The translations under genes were made by a program, and so were the position numbers. 64,000 bases of DNA from Octopus bimaculoides (lineage: Eukaryota): contig NC_068982.1 of NCBI RefSeq assembly GCF_001194135.2, forward strand, positions 48,437,686 to 48,501,685. Direction: 5' to 3'. Of the stretch, positions 61,257 through 64,000 are shown piece after piece (the first letter of the stretch is position 1; every line of letters starts with the position of its first letter). A model generated the notes under the pieces. That model ran no database searches. It saw nothing but the letters and a program-made list of their open reading frames with translations, and was not told the DNA's origin.

Positions 61257-62539
61257 GTGTTTGTTATGGTTGGTCAGTGAGCGACCATTGGTTTCACACC
61301 TATAAAGCACTTAACCGTATAAGCAACTCAGCAGACTCAAATGGGCAGAGGGAGGAAACTTTCATGGTCAGTTAGTTCTGTAAACAAAAAATATATGGAC
61401 AGAAACCTGTAGGTAGGTGGGATGGGGTTATTCCTCTTACATTGATCCCTGCTGTGAAAGTTTACAAAGTCCATGGTGTGTTCCTATTCAGCAAATGGGA
61501 ACTTCCAAGCTTGTAATAGGAAACGCCTCTGATGAGGGCATTGACTAAATATTTCTTTTCTGGAGTTTAAAAAGACCCCCAGATAAAGTGAGTTTTACAG
61601 GATTCTTGCTCTCTCAGCCAAGCAAAGCTTGTATCATTTGCTCCTGTTGAGATATGACCCTGGCTGTTTGAGAGGCCTCCATTTAATTATGTATGGCATG
61701 CTCTCCTCTTTATAAATATATTAATATTTCACTTAGGCATAGAGGTGGCCAGATAATATCCATGGTCTCCGTTAGTAACGCTTGGGAAGGGTTTAGTGAT
61801 AGCAGCTTCTGGTAGGACCCTATGGAAGTTGTGCCTGAAGACTCTACTCCAACAACCTTCCCTAGAATAGGGGACAGAAATTTTTTTTACGGAAGTGGTT
61901 GAGTATCATGGTAGCTCTACTAATTACAGATGAAATGTTACTGTGTGCTAACACTAACAATTATTAAGACATCCAGCCATACAAAGCATGTCAAAGCAGA
62001 CATCAGAGTGCGACGCAGTCCTCTGGCTTACTAGCTCCCATCAAACTGAACACTCTATACCAGCATAGAAAATAAACATTAAATGATGAAGACAAAGATG
62101 ATGGTGATGATATTAATGTTTTACGCATACATATATTGTATCATCTATTAAATAACTAATTAGGGATATCTCAAGTACAGTTTCATTAGCCTGACTCAGT
62201 ACATTTTACAACATTACTTATAAAATACTACTTGAGTATTTCAATTAACATTTCTATAAATTCTGAAAATACAAACAAATTTATATAGAAGTTATAGAGA
62301 AGCATATGGGTGTAGGTATGGCTGTATGCTAAGAAGCTTGCTTCCCAACCACATAGTTCTGGGTTCAGTCCCACTGCAAGTAACTTCAACTATAGCCTCA
62401 GGCTAACCAGAACCTTACAAGTGGATTTAGTAGACAGAAACTGAAGAAGCTCATCATATGTATATATATATATAAAGCACATTTTAAGTATATATAATGT
62501 ATATATAACTCAAGAAGACCTGTCCACCACAGCAGAATC

Positions 62540-62755
62540 AGTACCGGTGCTGGTATCATATAAAAAGCACTCATGCTGGTGCCATGTTAAAACCACCCAG
62601 TACACTCTATAAAGTGGTTGGCATTAGGAAGGGAATCCAGCCATAGAAACCATGCCAGAACAGAGAATGGAGCCTGGTGCAGCCCCTAGCCTTACCATCT
62701 CCAGTCAAATTGTCCTACCCATAGCAGCATGGAAAATGAATGTTAGATGATGATG
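62540..62755 (+). mobile_element. RTE-tail SINE with about 3 short units
   Basis: aaaagcac units followed by the RTE-type tail. Confidence 0.75.
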
Positions 62756-63604
62756 ACACACACACACACACACACACTGCATATAATTTTTCTCAATGAC
62801 AAAATACAGTAAATGGCTTCATTGCAGGCTCGAATATGTCTCAAGCATTTTTGAACTGGTAATAAGTTTATATTTCTTATAAATATTTAGCTGGACAATA
62901 TATAAAAACAGTGAAGCAGTAAAACATTGAAACTGTTGGAAATCTGAAGAATTCTGAGAGCTCATCTCAAATGTTCAAGGAAACTATTTGTTTTTGTCTA
63001 ATGGGAATATACTTAACATAATGTCTCCAAGGTAACAACAGTACATTTAATTTAAAATTCTTCATTCTCCAATTATATTTTCAAATGATAATAGTTAGCT
63101 GAGAGAGAAACACATTTTTAAAAAAAGTTCTTTACAAATCGTTTTGAAAGAGCATAAATTAGAATTGTCTACCATGAGAATTGATACTGATATTTTTGTC
63201 CAAGTCTCTATTGCTACAGATAATACTGAATTGAATCAGAAATGCTGACTTGCATTTTCTATCTTCATTATTATTTATTTTGACTACTTCCACAAAAGGT
63301 ATTAGAATAACCTAGCAACCAGTTGGACATCTATGACCTATACACTTCATTTCACATTTAGACAAGAATAGTCTTCACATGAAGCATCTTTAAATTACCA
63401 AACAAACACGTTTTATTTCTTTTTGTTAATTATGGTTAAATCTATTCCTAAGAAAGTGCTTAGTTAACAATTAAGTCGTGTGTCGTCTTTCTTTTTGTTT
63501 TGAGTGAGGAAGAGTTATTGAGAGAAAATATGTAAATAAATAAATCCATAGTCATTATATTACAGGACTTAATTTCAATTTTACACATATATTTTATATA
63601 TATT

Positions 63605-63850
63605 GTGAAGGTGCATGGCCTAGTGGTTAGGCTGTTACACTTACAGTCACTAGATCATGGGTTTGATTCCCTGATTGGGTGACGTGCTGTGTTTTTGAGC
63701 AAAACACTTCATTTCCCCCTTTCAATGAGGGGGGAATGTTGGCTTATTCAACTAGCCAGCAGGATGGTGTTATTTGAAGGCTACAACAATGCAAAACGCA
63801 TTGTGACCAGCGATGTGTAACAACATTTGATAACCTGGTTGGTCACATAA
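63605..63850 (+). mobile_element. Class B SINE with tail type iii
   Basis: Full head (gtgaaggtgcatggcctagtggttagg..ggtttgattccc), central domain and tail. Confidence 0.8.
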
Positions 63851-64000
63851 TTATTTTATATCTGTCCTCTTTAATTGCATGGAATTATTCTGAACATTCA
63901 GATTTCATAGGTTTGCAAACTACATGGCAATCTCATTAATATCACCCAGTACATATTGTAAAGTAGTTGGCATTAGGAAGGGTGTCTAGCTGTAGAAACC

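Noticed and set aside
61520-61560. GAAAC..CTGATGAG
   Set aside because: Only 5 nt separate GAAA and CTGATGA, and there is no downstream stem II/GAAA, so no hammerhead topology is possible.

Overview
AT-rich, repeat-dense eukaryotic DNA with ten N-gaps, most of them next to microsatellites. The SINE families, RTE-type LINE and (AT)n/(CA)n/(ATC)n content resemble Octopus genomic DNA; this is inferred from my recall of those repeats, not from a search. I could not identify any host gene. Nearly all listed ORFs are microsatellite, gap or SINE artefacts. Recognisable coding sequence is transposon-derived: a double C2H2 finger at a probable LINE 3' end, several RTE-type LINE fragments (one young), a CRE-like restriction-type endonuclease, a Penelope GIY-YIG scrap and a decayed Gypsy pol. 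There are also dozens of tRNA-derived SINEs of at least three structural classes, MITEs (mariner-, pogo/Tigger- and hAT-like) and a Helitron-like element. The most notable observation is that at least three unrelated short repeats each carry a minimal type-I hammerhead-ribozyme-like motif with a palindromic stem III (17667-17709, 9778-9832, 52598-52633). This points to Penelope-derived or retrozyme-like non-autonomous elements. A few short open frames with good splice sites could be exons of an unidentified long-intron gene, but they are not distinguishable from chance without transcript data. Repeat boundaries are approximate, typically within 10-20 bp.
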